The notes under the pieces are model-generated. The model was not told the origin of the DNA. It did not search any database and was given only the letters and a program-made list of their open reading frames with translations. From positions 3,072,001-3,136,000 of the forward strand of contig CAVTTN010000002.1 in the NCBI GenBank assembly GCA_963737655.1: a DNA stretch of 64,000 nucleotides, written 5' to 3'. Source of the DNA: an uncultured Planctomycetota bacterium (GTDB lineage: Bacteria > Planctomycetota > Planctomycetia > Isosphaerales > Isosphaeraceae). Position numbers and translations under genes: made by a program. Numbering within the stretch: the first letter of the stretch is position 1; each line of letters begins with the position of its first letter. Shown in pieces: positions 19,335-29,584 of this stretch.

Positions 19335-19444
19335 GATACTCCGGGCCGAACCCAACCCGAACCCCCAACGTCCACCGCCCCCCGCCCCGAATCGCGAGCC
19401 GGAAGGCCGGATGCCGGCCGATCCCCAACCTCCCGAGGCCCACG

Positions 19445-20808
19445 ATGAAGACGTCGCCGCTCTCCACCCGCCGCCAGGCCCTGAAGGCAGCCTCCGCCGG
19501 GTTCGGTTACCTCGCCCTGGCCGGGCTCCTCTCGCAGGAAAAGGCCCGCGCCACCGAGCGCCAGGCCGGCCCCCTCGCCCCGAAAGTACCGCATTTCCCG
19601 GCGAAGGCCAAGCGGATCATCTTCCTGTTCATGCAGGGGGCGATCTCGCCGATGGACACCTGGGAGTACAAGCCGCAACTCCAGAAAGACGACGGCAAGG
19701 TCGGCCCCGGGGGGGGACGCTCGTCGGCTCCAGGTTCCGGTTCGCCCAGCACGGGCAGACCGGCACATGGGTCTCGGATCTCTACCCGAACACGGCAAAA
19801 CACGTTGACAAGTTGTGCTATCTCCGAGGCCTGTTCACCGACACCCCGGCCCATCCCGAGGCGGTGATCCAGGTTCACACCGGGGCGGCGCTGGCCCAGC
19901 AGACCCGGCCGTCGATGGGGTCCTGGCTCCTCTACGGCCTCGGGACCGAGAACCAGGACCTCCCCGGCTACATCACCATCAACCCGCCTCCCAATTTCGG
20001 AGGGGCCACGAACTTCGGCAGCGCCTTCCTCCCCGCCCACTTCCAGGGGACCCGCGTGAGCGACACCGGGCGGATCGCCAACCTCAAGGCGCGGACGCCC
20101 GCGCCGCTCCAGCGGAAGCAGATCGACCTGATCCAGGCGATGAACCGCGACCTGGGCTCGGCCCCTGAGTCGCCCGAGGGGCTGGAGGGTGTGATCGCCT
20201 CGTATGAGCTGGCCTTCACCATGCAGGGGAAGGTGCCCGAAGTCCTGGACCTCTCGAAGGAGTCGCCGAGGACCCTGGAGGAGTATGGCGTGAAGGACGG
20301 TCCCGCCGGGGGCTTCGCCCGCCAGTGCCTCATGGCCCGGCGGCTGAGCGAAGCCGGTGTGAGGTTCGTCGAGGTCTGCCATCCCGGGTGGGACCAGCAC
20401 ACTAACCTCCACCAGGGACTGATCCGCAACACGGCCGCGACCGATCGGCCCGTCGCCGCCCTCCTGGCCGACCTGGAGCGGCGAGGACTCCTGGATGAGA
20501 CCCTCGTCCTCTTCGGCAGCGAGTTCGGCCGCCAGCCCACCGCTCAGGGCCCCGACGGCCGCGACCACAACATCACCGGCTACCCGATGTGGCTGGCCGG
20601 CGCGGGGGTGAAGCCCGGCTTCTCCTTCGGAGCGACCGACGAATACGGCATCCACGCCGTCGAAGGTCGGATGCACACGAACGACCTCCACGCCACCCTG
20701 CTCGCGCTGATGGGCCTGGACCACGAGAAGCTGACGTACCGCTACGCCGGCCGGGACTTCCGCCTGACCGACGTCGCCGGCTCGGTGGCGAGGGAGATCT
20801 TCGCCTGA
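19445..20808 (+). CDS. DUF1501 domain protein (Tat-like signal), frameshift in G run 19709-19716
   Basis: TRRQALK signal and AKAKRIIFLFMQGA in ORF 19445; the rest (RPSMGSW, WDQH, EFGRQP, GRDHN, GRDFRLTDVAG) is in ORF 19411..20808. Confidence 0.9.
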
Positions 20809-20832
20809 TCCGGGAGGAATGCGAAGGACGAA

Positions 20833-20864
20833 GGGCGCCGATCCTCGCCAGGAGACCGGCGCCC
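20833..20864. terminator. GC-rich hairpin between convergent DUF1501 and nuoN
   Basis: GGGCGCCG...CGGCGCCC stem; no clear U tract. Confidence 0.35.
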
Positions 20865-20880
20865 TCCGCCCCGCGACCTG

Positions 20881-22493
20881 TCAACGAAGCCCCACCGCCT
20901 GCTCGGTGGGCTTGACCTCGGGCAGGGAGACGGCCGCCTCCGCGGCCTCTCGCGAGGCGTGGATTAACGGTGCCGTCACGAGGCCGAAGACCAGGGAGAG
21001 CGACGCGCAGGCGCCGACCGCCACCACCGCCGGCCACGAGGGCCGAGGGGTCAACGGGTGCTCGGGCGCGGGCGAGAGGGTCATCCTCATCAGGATTCGC
21101 AGATAGTAATACGCGCCGATCGCCGCGTTCAGGACGCCGATGATGGCGAGCGTCTGGAAGGACCGGGCGTCCGGACCTCGGCCCGCGGAGATCGCCGCGC
21201 CGAAGACCCAGAGCTTGCCGTAGAACCCCGCCATGGGCGGCACTCCCGCCAGGCTGAACAGGCAGAGGCCCATCGCCAGGGCTGCCGCGGGATGCGTCCA
21301 CGCCAGGCCGGCGAGGTCATCGACCCGTTCGACCGGCCGTTCCGGGGTGCTCAGGGCCATGATCACCCCGAAGGCGCCGAGCGTCATCAAGGCGTAAGTC
21401 GCCAGATACAGGTAAACACCTTCCACGCCGAGATACGCCGGGGGATCGGCCGAGCCGCCGGCGTTGCGGAACGCCGCGGCCACGCCCACCATCAGGTAGC
21501 CGGCGTGGGCGATCGACGAATACGCGAGCAGCCTCTTGAGGTTGTTCTGGCGGAGGGCCACGGTGTTGCCCAGGGTCATCGTCGCCACGGCGATCAGAGC
21601 CGAGAGGAACGCCCCGTTGTCCGAGGCGGTCTTCAGCGACGAGAGCGTCAGGTCGCCCCCGGGGCCCGGGTCGTAGGCGAAGACGACGCTCAGGACTCGC
21701 AGGATCGCCAGGAAGCCCACGCCCTTGGGGATCCACGCCAGGAGAGCGGCCATGAAGGTCGGCGAACCCTCGTAGACGTCCGGCGCGTACCAGTGGAAGG
21801 GGACGGCCGCCACGCGGAAACCCAGGCCCGCCATCACGAAGACGATCGCGATCAGGGCGAGCTTGGGCGTGGGATACGGCAGCTCGTTGTGGTTCCAGTG
21901 GATCAGGTACGACAGCGCCTTCAAGTTGCTCACGCCCGTGAGGCCATAGAGATACGCCAGGCCGAACAGGAGGAGCGCCGAGGAGAAGATGCTCAGGAAG
22001 AAATACTTCGTCGCCGCTTCCTGCGTGCTGGCGTTCCGCCTCGACAGGTACAGGAGCAAGTACGTCGGCACGCTCACCAGTTCCAGGCCGACGAACAGGA
22101 ACACCAGTTCATTGGCCGAGGCGACGAGCATCGCCCCGGCATGGATGAAGAGCAGGGCGCCGAAGAACTCGGGGCGCGGGCGTCGTCCACCTGGTCGTGC
22201 GCCAGGGCCAGGATGACCAGGCCGGTCAGCAGGAACCCGAGCCGTGCGTAGCCGGCGAAGGCGTCGTTCAGGGCGACGGCCGAATAGGGGTCGGTGGTCG
22301 TGTGCCGTAGCGCGATCAAGGCGATGAGGGCCGCGCCGATCGCCCCGGCGGCGATTAGCCCCCAGAGCCGCCTCGGTGCCTTCACGAACGGCCCGGCCGT
22401 CATGATCGCCGTGGCGGCGAGCAGGAGGAGGAGCTCGGGCAGGAGCACCAGCAAGGTCTGCTTGGCGACGAAAAGGGCGTCGGGCGGGGTCAT
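20881..22493 (-). CDS. nuoN: NADH-quinone oxidoreductase subunit N, frameshift at 22171-22174
   Basis: EAATKYF, PFHWYAPDVYEGSP, KRLLAYSSIAHAGY and AGVPPMAGF. The N-terminus MTPPDALF.. is in another frame; one C restores ARAPEFF. Confidence 0.92.
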
Positions 22494-24211
22494 CGGGCGC
22501 GATCCTGGGGCAGGGTGGCGAGGCTCGGGGCCGCCGGGCCGGCGGCCTTCCCATCGGTCTTCGTCAGCATCGGAGCGGCCTTCGCTCCGGGCACGCTCGG
22601 GTAGCGCGAGGCGATCGCGTCGACCGTCGGCCGAATCCTCCGAAAGATCGGCCCGGGATACAGGCCGAGGAGGACGATCAGGACCATCAGGGGGGCCAGC
22701 CCCGCGATCTCGTGCCAGCCGATCGGCCGGATCGGCCCATGGCCGTGTTCGCTCGGGCCGTGGCCGTCGTGGCCGGGCTCCTTCAGGGGCCCGAAGACGA
22801 CCTTCTGGAGCATCAGCAGGAGATAATACGCGCCGAGGACCATCCCGACGGCCGCGAACACCCCGACCCAGGCATTCCGGGTGAACGTCCCCAGCAGGAT
22901 CGGGAATTCGCCGACGAACCCGTTCAGGCCGGGCACGGCGGCCGACCCGAGCGACGCGAGGATCAGGAAGAAGGCGAAGAGCGGCATCTTCTCCCACATC
23001 CCGCCGATCTGGTCCATCTCCCGGGTGTGATAGCGTTCATAAAGCACGCCCACGCAGGCGAACAGGGCCCCGGTGGTGATCCCGTGATTGATCATCTGGA
23101 TCACCGCCCCGTCGGTGCCGGTCTTCGTCATCGAGAAGATGCCCAGGGCGATGAAGCCCATGTGGCTCACGGAGCTGTACGCGACCAGGCGTTTCACGTC
23201 GGTCTGGGCCAGGGCCGCGAGCGCCCCGTAGAGGATGCCGATCACGCACAGGAGCGCCAGGACCGGGAACAGGGCCTCGGCCCCCTGGGGGACCATCGCC
23301 ATGTTGAACCGGAGGAACCCGTAACCGCCCACTTTCAACAGGACGCCCGCCAGCAAAATCGAGCCGGCCGTGGGCGCCTCCACGTGGGCCAGGGGCAGCC
23401 ACGTGTGGAACGGGAACAGCGGGACCTTGATCGCGAAGCCGGCGAACAGGAGCGTGAAGACGAGGACCTGAGGCGAGAACCAGAAGTCCGCCAGCGAATG
23501 CCAGTAGGCGGACGACAGCACCCCCGACCGGCCCCACTCGCCCCAGGTATGCGGCGTGTTCCAGTCGGCCCATTCGAGCCGGGACAGGCCCGCCGTCAGC
23601 TCGGGGATCGAGAATGTGAGGACGTGACCCGGCGTCCACTGCTGATGGATGGCCACCAGCGACACCACGCCCAGGAGCGTCAGCAGGCTCCCGGCGAGCG
23701 TGTAGAGGAAGAACGTGATCGACGCCCTCCGCCGCTCCGGGCCGCCGTACAGGCCGATCAGGAAGAACAGCGGGATCAGGGTGAACTCGAAGAAGACGTA
23801 GAACAGGACCACGTCGAGGCTGGCGAACAGCCCGAGCAGGCCGGTCTCCAGGGCGAGCATCAACGCATAATGCATCGGCGCCCGTTCCTTCACGGACTCC
23901 CACGACGCGAAGACGGCCGGGACCATCAGCAAGGTCGAGAGCACGAAGAGCCAGAGGCTCACGCCGTCCAGGCCCAGGGCGAACCGGATCGACGACCGGC
24001 CGACCGGCAGCCACGGGACGTCCACGAGGAACTGCGGGGCCGCCTCGCCCGACCGGAAGCCGAGGAGCAGGATCAGGCTGAAGGCCAGGGACGCCAGGAC
24101 GGTCCCCAGCGCCACCTGCCTCGCCGCGACGTGCGACATCCGGGGCGAGGCCAGGAGCGCCAGCGCCCCGGCCAGGGGCAGGAAGACCGTGATGGTCAAC
24201 AGGATCGACAT
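22490..24211 (-). CDS. nuoM: NADH-quinone oxidoreductase subunit M
   Basis: FAIKVPLFPFHTWLPLAHVEAPT and KRLVAYSSVSHMG. Confidence 0.95.
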   Translation of the reverse strand: MSILLTITVFLPLAGALALLASPRMSHVAARQVALGTVLASLAFSLILLLGFRSGEAAPQFLVDVPWLPVGRSSIRFALGLDGVSLWLFVLSTLLMVPAVFASWESVKERAPMHYALMLALETGLLGLFASLDVVLFYVFFEFTLIPLFFLIGLYGGPERRRASITFFLYTLAGSLLTLLGVVSLVAIHQQWTPGHVLTFSIPELTAGLSRLEWADWNTPHTWGEWGRSGVLSSAYWHSLADFWFSPQVLVFTLLFAGFAIKVPLFPFHTWLPLAHVEAPTAGSILLAGVLLKVGGYGFLRFNMAMVPQGAEALFPVLALLCVIGILYGALAALAQTDVKRLVAYSSVSHMGFIALGIFSMTKTGTDGAVIQMINHGITTGALFACVGVLYERYHTREMDQIGGMWEKMPLFAFFLILASLGSAAVPGLNGFVGEFPILLGTFTRNAWVGVFAAVGMVLGAYYLLLMLQKVVFGPLKEPGHDGHGPSEHGHGPIRPIGWHEIAGLAPLMVLIVLLGLYPGPIFRRIRPTVDAIASRYPSVPGAKAAPMLTKTDGKAAGPAAPSLATLPQDRAR

Positions 24212-24221
24212 CGCGAGGTCC

Positions 24222-26393
24222 TCAGCCCGGGATCGTCAGCAACAGGAGGATCAGCAGGCCCACCACGCCCAGCGCCGTGGCCGCCGCGTACGACTGCGTG
24301 AGGCCGTTCTGGAACGGCCCGAGGAGGTCCCGCCCGACGAATCGCGGTATCCACGCCACCAGACGCACCAGCCCATCGACGATGTACACATCGACGAACT
24401 TGCAGATGATGGCCAGGACACGGACCGGGCGGACCACCGTGACCTCGTAGAATTCATCCACATAGAACTTGGCGAGCGAGGCCCGATAGGCCGCCCCCAT
24501 CGCCTTCGCCAACCGGCCCGGGATCGGGCTGGGCGAGGCGTACATCAGCCAGCTGATCCCCAGGCCGATCACGGCCGCGAGCGTCCCGGCGAGGATGGGG
24601 CCCCAGCCGGCGACGTGCTCGACGTGGGGCAGCGTATCCTCGAAGCCGGGCGTCCGCATCAGGTGACGCTCGAAGATATGAGTCGGCCCGAACAGGATGC
24701 CAACCAGCACGGTGCAGGCGGCCAGGACCATCAGGGGCACCCACATGATCGGCGGCGACTCGTGGCCGAAATGGCCGTCGTGGCCCCCGTGGTGGGGGGC
24801 GCCGTGGTCGTGGCCCGAGCCGGCCGGGACCGGCTCGTTCGTCTCGCCGTGGACCGCCTCCGCATCGGCCGAGCCGAGGGTCGGCACGCTCACCGGCGCG
24901 TGGCCGTGGGAGTGGCCATGGGCGGCTTCCTCGGGCTCGGCCTCGGGGTCGTCGGGGCTCGGCAGCTTCTCGGGGCCGAAGAAGGTGAGGAAGAACGCCC
25001 GCCCCGTGTAGAACGCGGTCATCCCCGCGGTGATCACCGCGGTCCAGTAGATCAGCGAATAGAGGGAGCCCGGGAGGTCCGTCCCCTCGGCCTCATGCGA
25101 CGCCATCTGCAACGCTGCGAGGATCTCGTCCTTCGACCAGAACCCGGCCAGGGGGAAGATGCCCGCCAGCGACAACCCGCCGACGGCGAACGTCTTGAAC
25201 GTGTAGGGCAAGCGATGCCGAAGCCCCCGGAACCGCCTCATGTCGATCACCCCGCCCATCGCGTGCATCACGCTGCCGGAGGCGAGGAACAGGAGGGCCT
25301 TGAAGAACGCGTGGGTGAACAGGTGAAACATCGCCGCCGTGACCGCCAGCCTCGCCGCCCCGCCGATCCCCGCGCCCAGGCCCATGAACATGTAGCCGAG
25401 CTGGCTGACGGTCGAGTACGCCATCACCCGCTTGAGGTCCGTCTGCGTGAGGGCGATCAACGCGGCGAGCAGGGCGGTGATGCACCCGATGCAGCAGATC
25501 GTCACCTGGACGGACGGCACCTGGACGATCAGGAGGCTCGACCGGGCGATCAGGTAGACGCCGGCCGTGACCATGGTGGCGGCGTGGATCAGGGCCGAGA
25601 CGGGCGTGGGGCCTTCCATCGCGTCGGGCAGCCACACATAGAGCGGCACCTGGGCACTCTTCGCCGTGGCCGCCCAGAAAAGGAGGAGGGCGATCCCCAG
25701 CTTCGTCCCGTGAGGAATCAGCCCCAGGGTCGTGGGGTTCAACAGGACGTCATACGAGAGGACGCCCGATCGCTTCGCGGCCTCGGCCAGCTCGGGGTAG
25801 GCCGAGAGGTCCAGCCCCGTCACGGCCGAGTACATCCAGAAGATCGCCACGGCGAACCCGAAGTCGCCCACGCGATTGACCAGGAACGCCTTCTTCGCCG
25901 CGGCGGCGGCGGACGGCTTCGCGTGCCAGAAGCCGATCAGCATGTAGGAGCACACGCCCACGCCTTCCCAGAAGGCATAGGTCAGCACGTAATTGTTCGA
26001 GAGGACCAGCCCGGTCATCGAGAACACGAACAGGCCGACCAGGGCGAAGAATCGCGGATATCCCGGGTCTCCGGCCATGTACCCGGCGGCGAAGATGGCC
26101 ACGAGAGTGGCGACGAAGGTCACCATCGTCAGCATCATCGTCGTCAGGCCATCCACGCGGAACTCCACCGGGACGTGGAGGTCGCCCGCGTCGATCCAGT
26201 GGTACGCCAGGACGTGGCCATCGTGAGTGCCCGCGTCCACGGCCACGTAGAGCATGAACGAGACGACGAACGCCGCGGCGATGCCCGCCACGATCGGCCA
26301 GTGCGAGAGGCCCTTGAGCCGATTCCCGCCGAAGGCGACCACGGCCGCGCCGAGGAGGGGGAAGAGCGGGACCAGGATGGCGAGGTTAATCAC
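24222..26393 (-). CDS. nuoL: NADH-quinone oxidoreductase subunit L
   Basis: KSAQVPLYVWLPDAMEGPTPVSALIHAATMV and HAFFKALLFL; GTG start. Confidence 0.95.
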   Translation of the reverse strand: MINLAILVPLFPLLGAAVVAFGGNRLKGLSHWPIVAGIAAAFVVSFMLYVAVDAGTHDGHVLAYHWIDAGDLHVPVEFRVDGLTTMMLTMVTFVATLVAIFAAGYMAGDPGYPRFFALVGLFVFSMTGLVLSNNYVLTYAFWEGVGVCSYMLIGFWHAKPSAAAAAKKAFLVNRVGDFGFAVAIFWMYSAVTGLDLSAYPELAEAAKRSGVLSYDVLLNPTTLGLIPHGTKLGIALLLFWAATAKSAQVPLYVWLPDAMEGPTPVSALIHAATMVTAGVYLIARSSLLIVQVPSVQVTICCIGCITALLAALIALTQTDLKRVMAYSTVSQLGYMFMGLGAGIGGAARLAVTAAMFHLFTHAFFKALLFLASGSVMHAMGGVIDMRRFRGLRHRLPYTFKTFAVGGLSLAGIFPLAGFWSKDEILAALQMASHEAEGTDLPGSLYSLIYWTAVITAGMTAFYTGRAFFLTFFGPEKLPSPDDPEAEPEEAAHGHSHGHAPVSVPTLGSADAEAVHGETNEPVPAGSGHDHGAPHHGGHDGHFGHESPPIMWVPLMVLAACTVLVGILFGPTHIFERHLMRTPGFEDTLPHVEHVAGWGPILAGTLAAVIGLGISWLMYASPSPIPGRLAKAMGAAYRASLAKFYVDEFYEVTVVRPVRVLAIICKFVDVYIVDGLVRLVAWIPRFVGRDLLGPFQNGLTQSYAAATALGVVGLLILLLLTIPG

Positions 26394-26838
26394 GACGGCG
26401 CTCCCAGGCGTTCAGCGGGTGGGGCGGCTCGACGCCGGCGGGGGTCAGGTGCGGGTAGGACTCGGGGCCGGGCGCCGGATCGGCCGGCTCGGCGTCGTCG
26501 ATCGGCTCCTCGGCGAGCGGCAGGCCGGGCTCGCGGAGCTCGTTCCAGAGGGTCACGTCGAGCGAGCTCCGCCTCTTGAACAGGACGAGGACCAGGGCGA
26601 GCGAGATCGCCGCCTCGCTCGCCGCCACGGTCAGGATGATGATCGTGAAGACCTGGCCGGTCCAGTTGCCGTGGAACCGGGAGAACCCCACGAGGGTCAG
26701 GGCCACGCCCTGGAGCATCATCTCGGCCGAGAGGAACATCACGATCAGGTTCCTCCGGGCGAGGAAGCCGATCATCCCCAGCGCCATCAGGGCGGCGCCG
26801 ATCGTCAGATAATTCGTCAGGAGGTCATAAGTGAACAT
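26386..26838 (-). CDS. nuoK: NADH-quinone oxidoreductase subunit K
   Basis: RRNLIVMFLSAEMML and VAASEAAISLAL; Pro-rich C-terminal tail. Confidence 0.92.
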   Translation of the reverse strand: MFTYDLLTNYLTIGAALMALGMIGFLARRNLIVMFLSAEMMLQGVALTLVGFSRFHGNWTGQVFTIIILTVAASEAAISLALVLVLFKRRSSLDVTLWNELREPGLPLAEEPIDDAEPADPAPGPESYPHLTPAGVEPPHPLNAWERRRD

Positions 26839-26902
26839 GGGCGGCCTTCGGGTCGTCCTCTCGGGACGGGACGGCGGGTCACCCCGCCCCTCGGACATCG
26901 AG

Positions 26903-27844
26903 TCACGTCGGGATATTTTCGAGGTTCCGGCCCTGCCGGGGGTCGCCGGCGGCGTCGGCCAGGGGGTCGGCGATCCGGCGGATCAGGGGCCGGGGCGTGG
27001 CGATGGCGATCGCGCCGACCAGGGCGATGAACAGGATGCCGCCGGCCAGCTCGACCGAGAGCAGGTGATCGGTGAACAGGGTGCCGCCGAGGCCGGCGAC
27101 GTGGGGTGGTGGCGCCCCCGGCGGCAGGCTGGCGGCGTCGGCCTCCGCCTCGTGGAGGAGGGAGGTCTCGCGATTGGCTCGGGCCAGGACCAGGGCGGGG
27201 CCGGAGTCGGCCATCACCCTGCGTCTGACCGTCTTGCCGTCGGGGCCGGGCCCGGAAACCAGTCTTGAGGCGGCGATCGGCTGGCGATCCCGGGCGGTCG
27301 CCGCGGTCTCGGTGGCGAAGTCGCCCGACCTCACGAGGACCAGGGCATAGAACAGGGCCCACATCAGGCCGAAGCCGCTGAGCGTGGCCGCGCCCGGGGC
27401 GCGGGCCATCCGGTCGTACACGGCCCGCCCCTCGGCCTGCGCGAGCATGATCACGAACAGGAACGTGACGATGATCGCCCCGGCGTAGACGATCACGGTC
27501 CCCGCCGCGAGGAACTGCGCCCCGGCCAGCAGGAACAGCCCCGACGACGCGAGGATCACCGACGCGAACCACAGGGCGCTGTACACGGGGTTGCGGCTGG
27601 TGATCGTCAGGATCGCCCCGGCCACCGCCCAGAGGGCGAATCCATAGAAGAAGACCGCCATCAGGAAGGCGTCCGGCTTCTTGTAGAGGAACACGGTCAG
27701 CAGGACGGCCAGCGCGGCCAGGCCGCCGCCCGCAATCTGGGTGTTCCTGGGCTTCAATCGCCCGTGCCGGTGGGGCAGCAGGAGCCACGTCCCCACTCCG
27801 CCGAGCAGGACGACCAGGGTCGGCAAGATCAGCCCGGAATTCAT
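26903..27844 (-). CDS. nuoJ: NADH-quinone oxidoreductase subunit J
   Basis: NPVYSALW and VIVYAGAIIVTFLFVIML; the ATG overlaps the nuoI stop. Confidence 0.92.
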   Translation of the reverse strand: MNSGLILPTLVVLLGGVGTWLLLPHRHGRLKPRNTQIAGGGLAALAVLLTVFLYKKPDAFLMAVFFYGFALWAVAGAILTITSRNPVYSALWFASVILASSGLFLLAGAQFLAAGTVIVYAGAIIVTFLFVIMLAQAEGRAVYDRMARAPGAATLSGFGLMWALFYALVLVRSGDFATETAATARDRQPIAASRLVSGPGPDGKTVRRRVMADSGPALVLARANRETSLLHEAEADAASLPPGAPPPHVAGLGGTLFTDHLLSVELAGGILFIALVGAIAIATPRPLIRRIADPLADAAGDPRQGRNLENIPT

Positions 27845-28458
27845 GAGGTTCGCCCCTTCAGAGGGCCGTCGGTGACCTTCGACGGGAGTTCCTTCGAGGG
27901 GCCGGTCTGCCCCGCCGGGTAGGCCGGTTTCTGCGTCTTCATCGGCTCGGCGTCCTTCGTCAGGTCGTAGACCGACAGGAGCTTGGTCTTGTCGAAGATC
28001 ATCTGTTCTCGCGAGAGGCCCGTCAGGTCGTAGAGGCCGGTCAGCTCGATGGCATCGACGGGGCAGGCTTCCTCGCACATCCCGCAATAGATGCAGCGGA
28101 GCTCGTCGATCACGAAGCTCTCGGGATACTTCTCGCGGTCGTCCCAGGAGTCCGGCGCGGTGGCGCCGACGATGTCGATGCAGTGGGCCGGGCAGGCGGT
28201 GGCGCAGAGCATGCAGGCCACGCACTTGACCTTGCCGTCCTCCTGCTTGTTCAGCCGGTGGACTCCGCGGTAGTTCGCCGGGGGGATGTGCTGCTCCTCG
28301 GGATACTGCTGGGTGATCGCGCCGCTGCCCAGGGCCGCCGAGAGGATGTGGCGGCCGGTCACGAACAGCCCGCCGGCGATCTGCGGCAAATACGTCTTCT
28401 CGAAGAAGTTCAGCCGAGGGGGCTGGACTCGCCTCAGGCTGGGGTCGTCGGCTTTCAC
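27841..28458 (-). CDS. nuoI: NADH-quinone oxidoreductase subunit I
   Basis: Two 4Fe-4S motifs, CVACMLCATACP and CIYCGMCEEACP. Confidence 0.95.
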   Translation of the reverse strand: MKADDPSLRRVQPPRLNFFEKTYLPQIAGGLFVTGRHILSAALGSGAITQQYPEEQHIPPANYRGVHRLNKQEDGKVKCVACMLCATACPAHCIDIVGATAPDSWDDREKYPESFVIDELRCIYCGMCEEACPVDAIELTGLYDLTGLSREQMIFDKTKLLSVYDLTKDAEPMKTQKPAYPAGQTGPSKELPSKVTDGPLKGRTS

Positions 28459-28491
28459 GGGAGGCGCTCTCCGAAAAAAACGGGGCTGAGC

Positions 28492-29529
28492 TCAGCCGCG
28501 GATGGCCTGGACGATCGCGGCGGTGGCGATCAGGTTGAGGATCGACAGCGGGATCAGCCGCTTCCACGCCAGGTCCATCAGCGTGTCGTAGCGGAACCGG
28601 GGGAGCGTCCACCGGACCCACATGATGACCACGATCATGAAACCGACCTTGCCCAGCATCACCGCCAGCTTCAACAGGGACCAGAACCAGCCGACCTGGT
28701 CATATCTCGTCAGGAAAGGGATGTCCCAGCCGCCGAGGAACAGGATCACGACCAGGAAGCTGACGGTGATCACGTGCATGTATTCGCCGAGGAAGAACAT
28801 GCCGAACTTCATCGCGGAGTATTCGGTGTGGAACCCGCCCACGAGCTCCTGCTCCGATTCGGGGAGGTCGAACGGCAGGCGGTTGGTCTCGGCGAAGGCG
28901 CTGATGAGGAACAGGAGGAAGCCCACCGGCTGGACGACGATCCCCCAGACGTGCGTGTCCTGCCAGTTGATGATCGAGTTGAGGTCCAGCGAGCGGGAGA
29001 TCAGGACCATCCCGAGGATCGACATCCCCAGGGGGACCTCGTAACTGATCAACTGGGCGCTCGACCGCAAGCCGCCGAGGAACGAGTATTTGTTGTTGGA
29101 CGACCACCCCGCCAGGATCACGCCGTACACCGCGAGGCTGCCGATCGCGAAGATGTAGAGGATGCCGATGTCGATCCCCGGGGCGATCTGGAACTGGATG
29201 TCGCCGGTGCCGAGGCCCACGCCCGTCTGGCCCACCGGCCCGAAGGGGACCACGGCGAAGCCGATCGTCGCGGCGATGATCGCGATGCACGGCGCCAGGA
29301 TGTACAGGGGTTTGGAGACGTAAGACGGGACCACGTCTTCCTTCAGGAGCATCTTGGCGCCGTCGGCCAATGGCTGCAACAACCCGAACGGGCCGGCGCG
29401 GTTCGGCCCGATGCGGTCCTGGGCCCAGGCGGCGATCTTGCGCTCGACGAGGATCAGGTACGCGACGGTCCCCTGGGTGATCCCGACGACGATGAAGATC
29501 TTGAGCAGGATTCCGATCGCATCCCCCAT
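28492..29529 (-). CDS. nuoH: NADH-quinone oxidoreductase subunit H
   Basis: ERKIAAWAQDRIGPNRAGP, AETNRLPFDLPE and PRFRYD. Confidence 0.96.
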   Translation of the reverse strand: MGDAIGILLKIFIVVGITQGTVAYLILVERKIAAWAQDRIGPNRAGPFGLLQPLADGAKMLLKEDVVPSYVSKPLYILAPCIAIIAATIGFAVVPFGPVGQTGVGLGTGDIQFQIAPGIDIGILYIFAIGSLAVYGVILAGWSSNNKYSFLGGLRSSAQLISYEVPLGMSILGMVLISRSLDLNSIINWQDTHVWGIVVQPVGFLLFLISAFAETNRLPFDLPESEQELVGGFHTEYSAMKFGMFFLGEYMHVITVSFLVVILFLGGWDIPFLTRYDQVGWFWSLLKLAVMLGKVGFMIVVIMWVRWTLPRFRYDTLMDLAWKRLIPLSILNLIATAAIVQAIRG

Positions 29530-29584
29530 GACGGCTATCCACCTCGCTCGCTAAGAATCGAACTTTGCCCGGTTTGACGTCCGA

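Noticed and set aside
20881..22493. nuoN (and trmB, acyl-CoA synthetase) as pseudogenes
   Set aside because: Each has a single indel with both halves intact, and nuoN sits in a complete operon; sequencing error is more likely.
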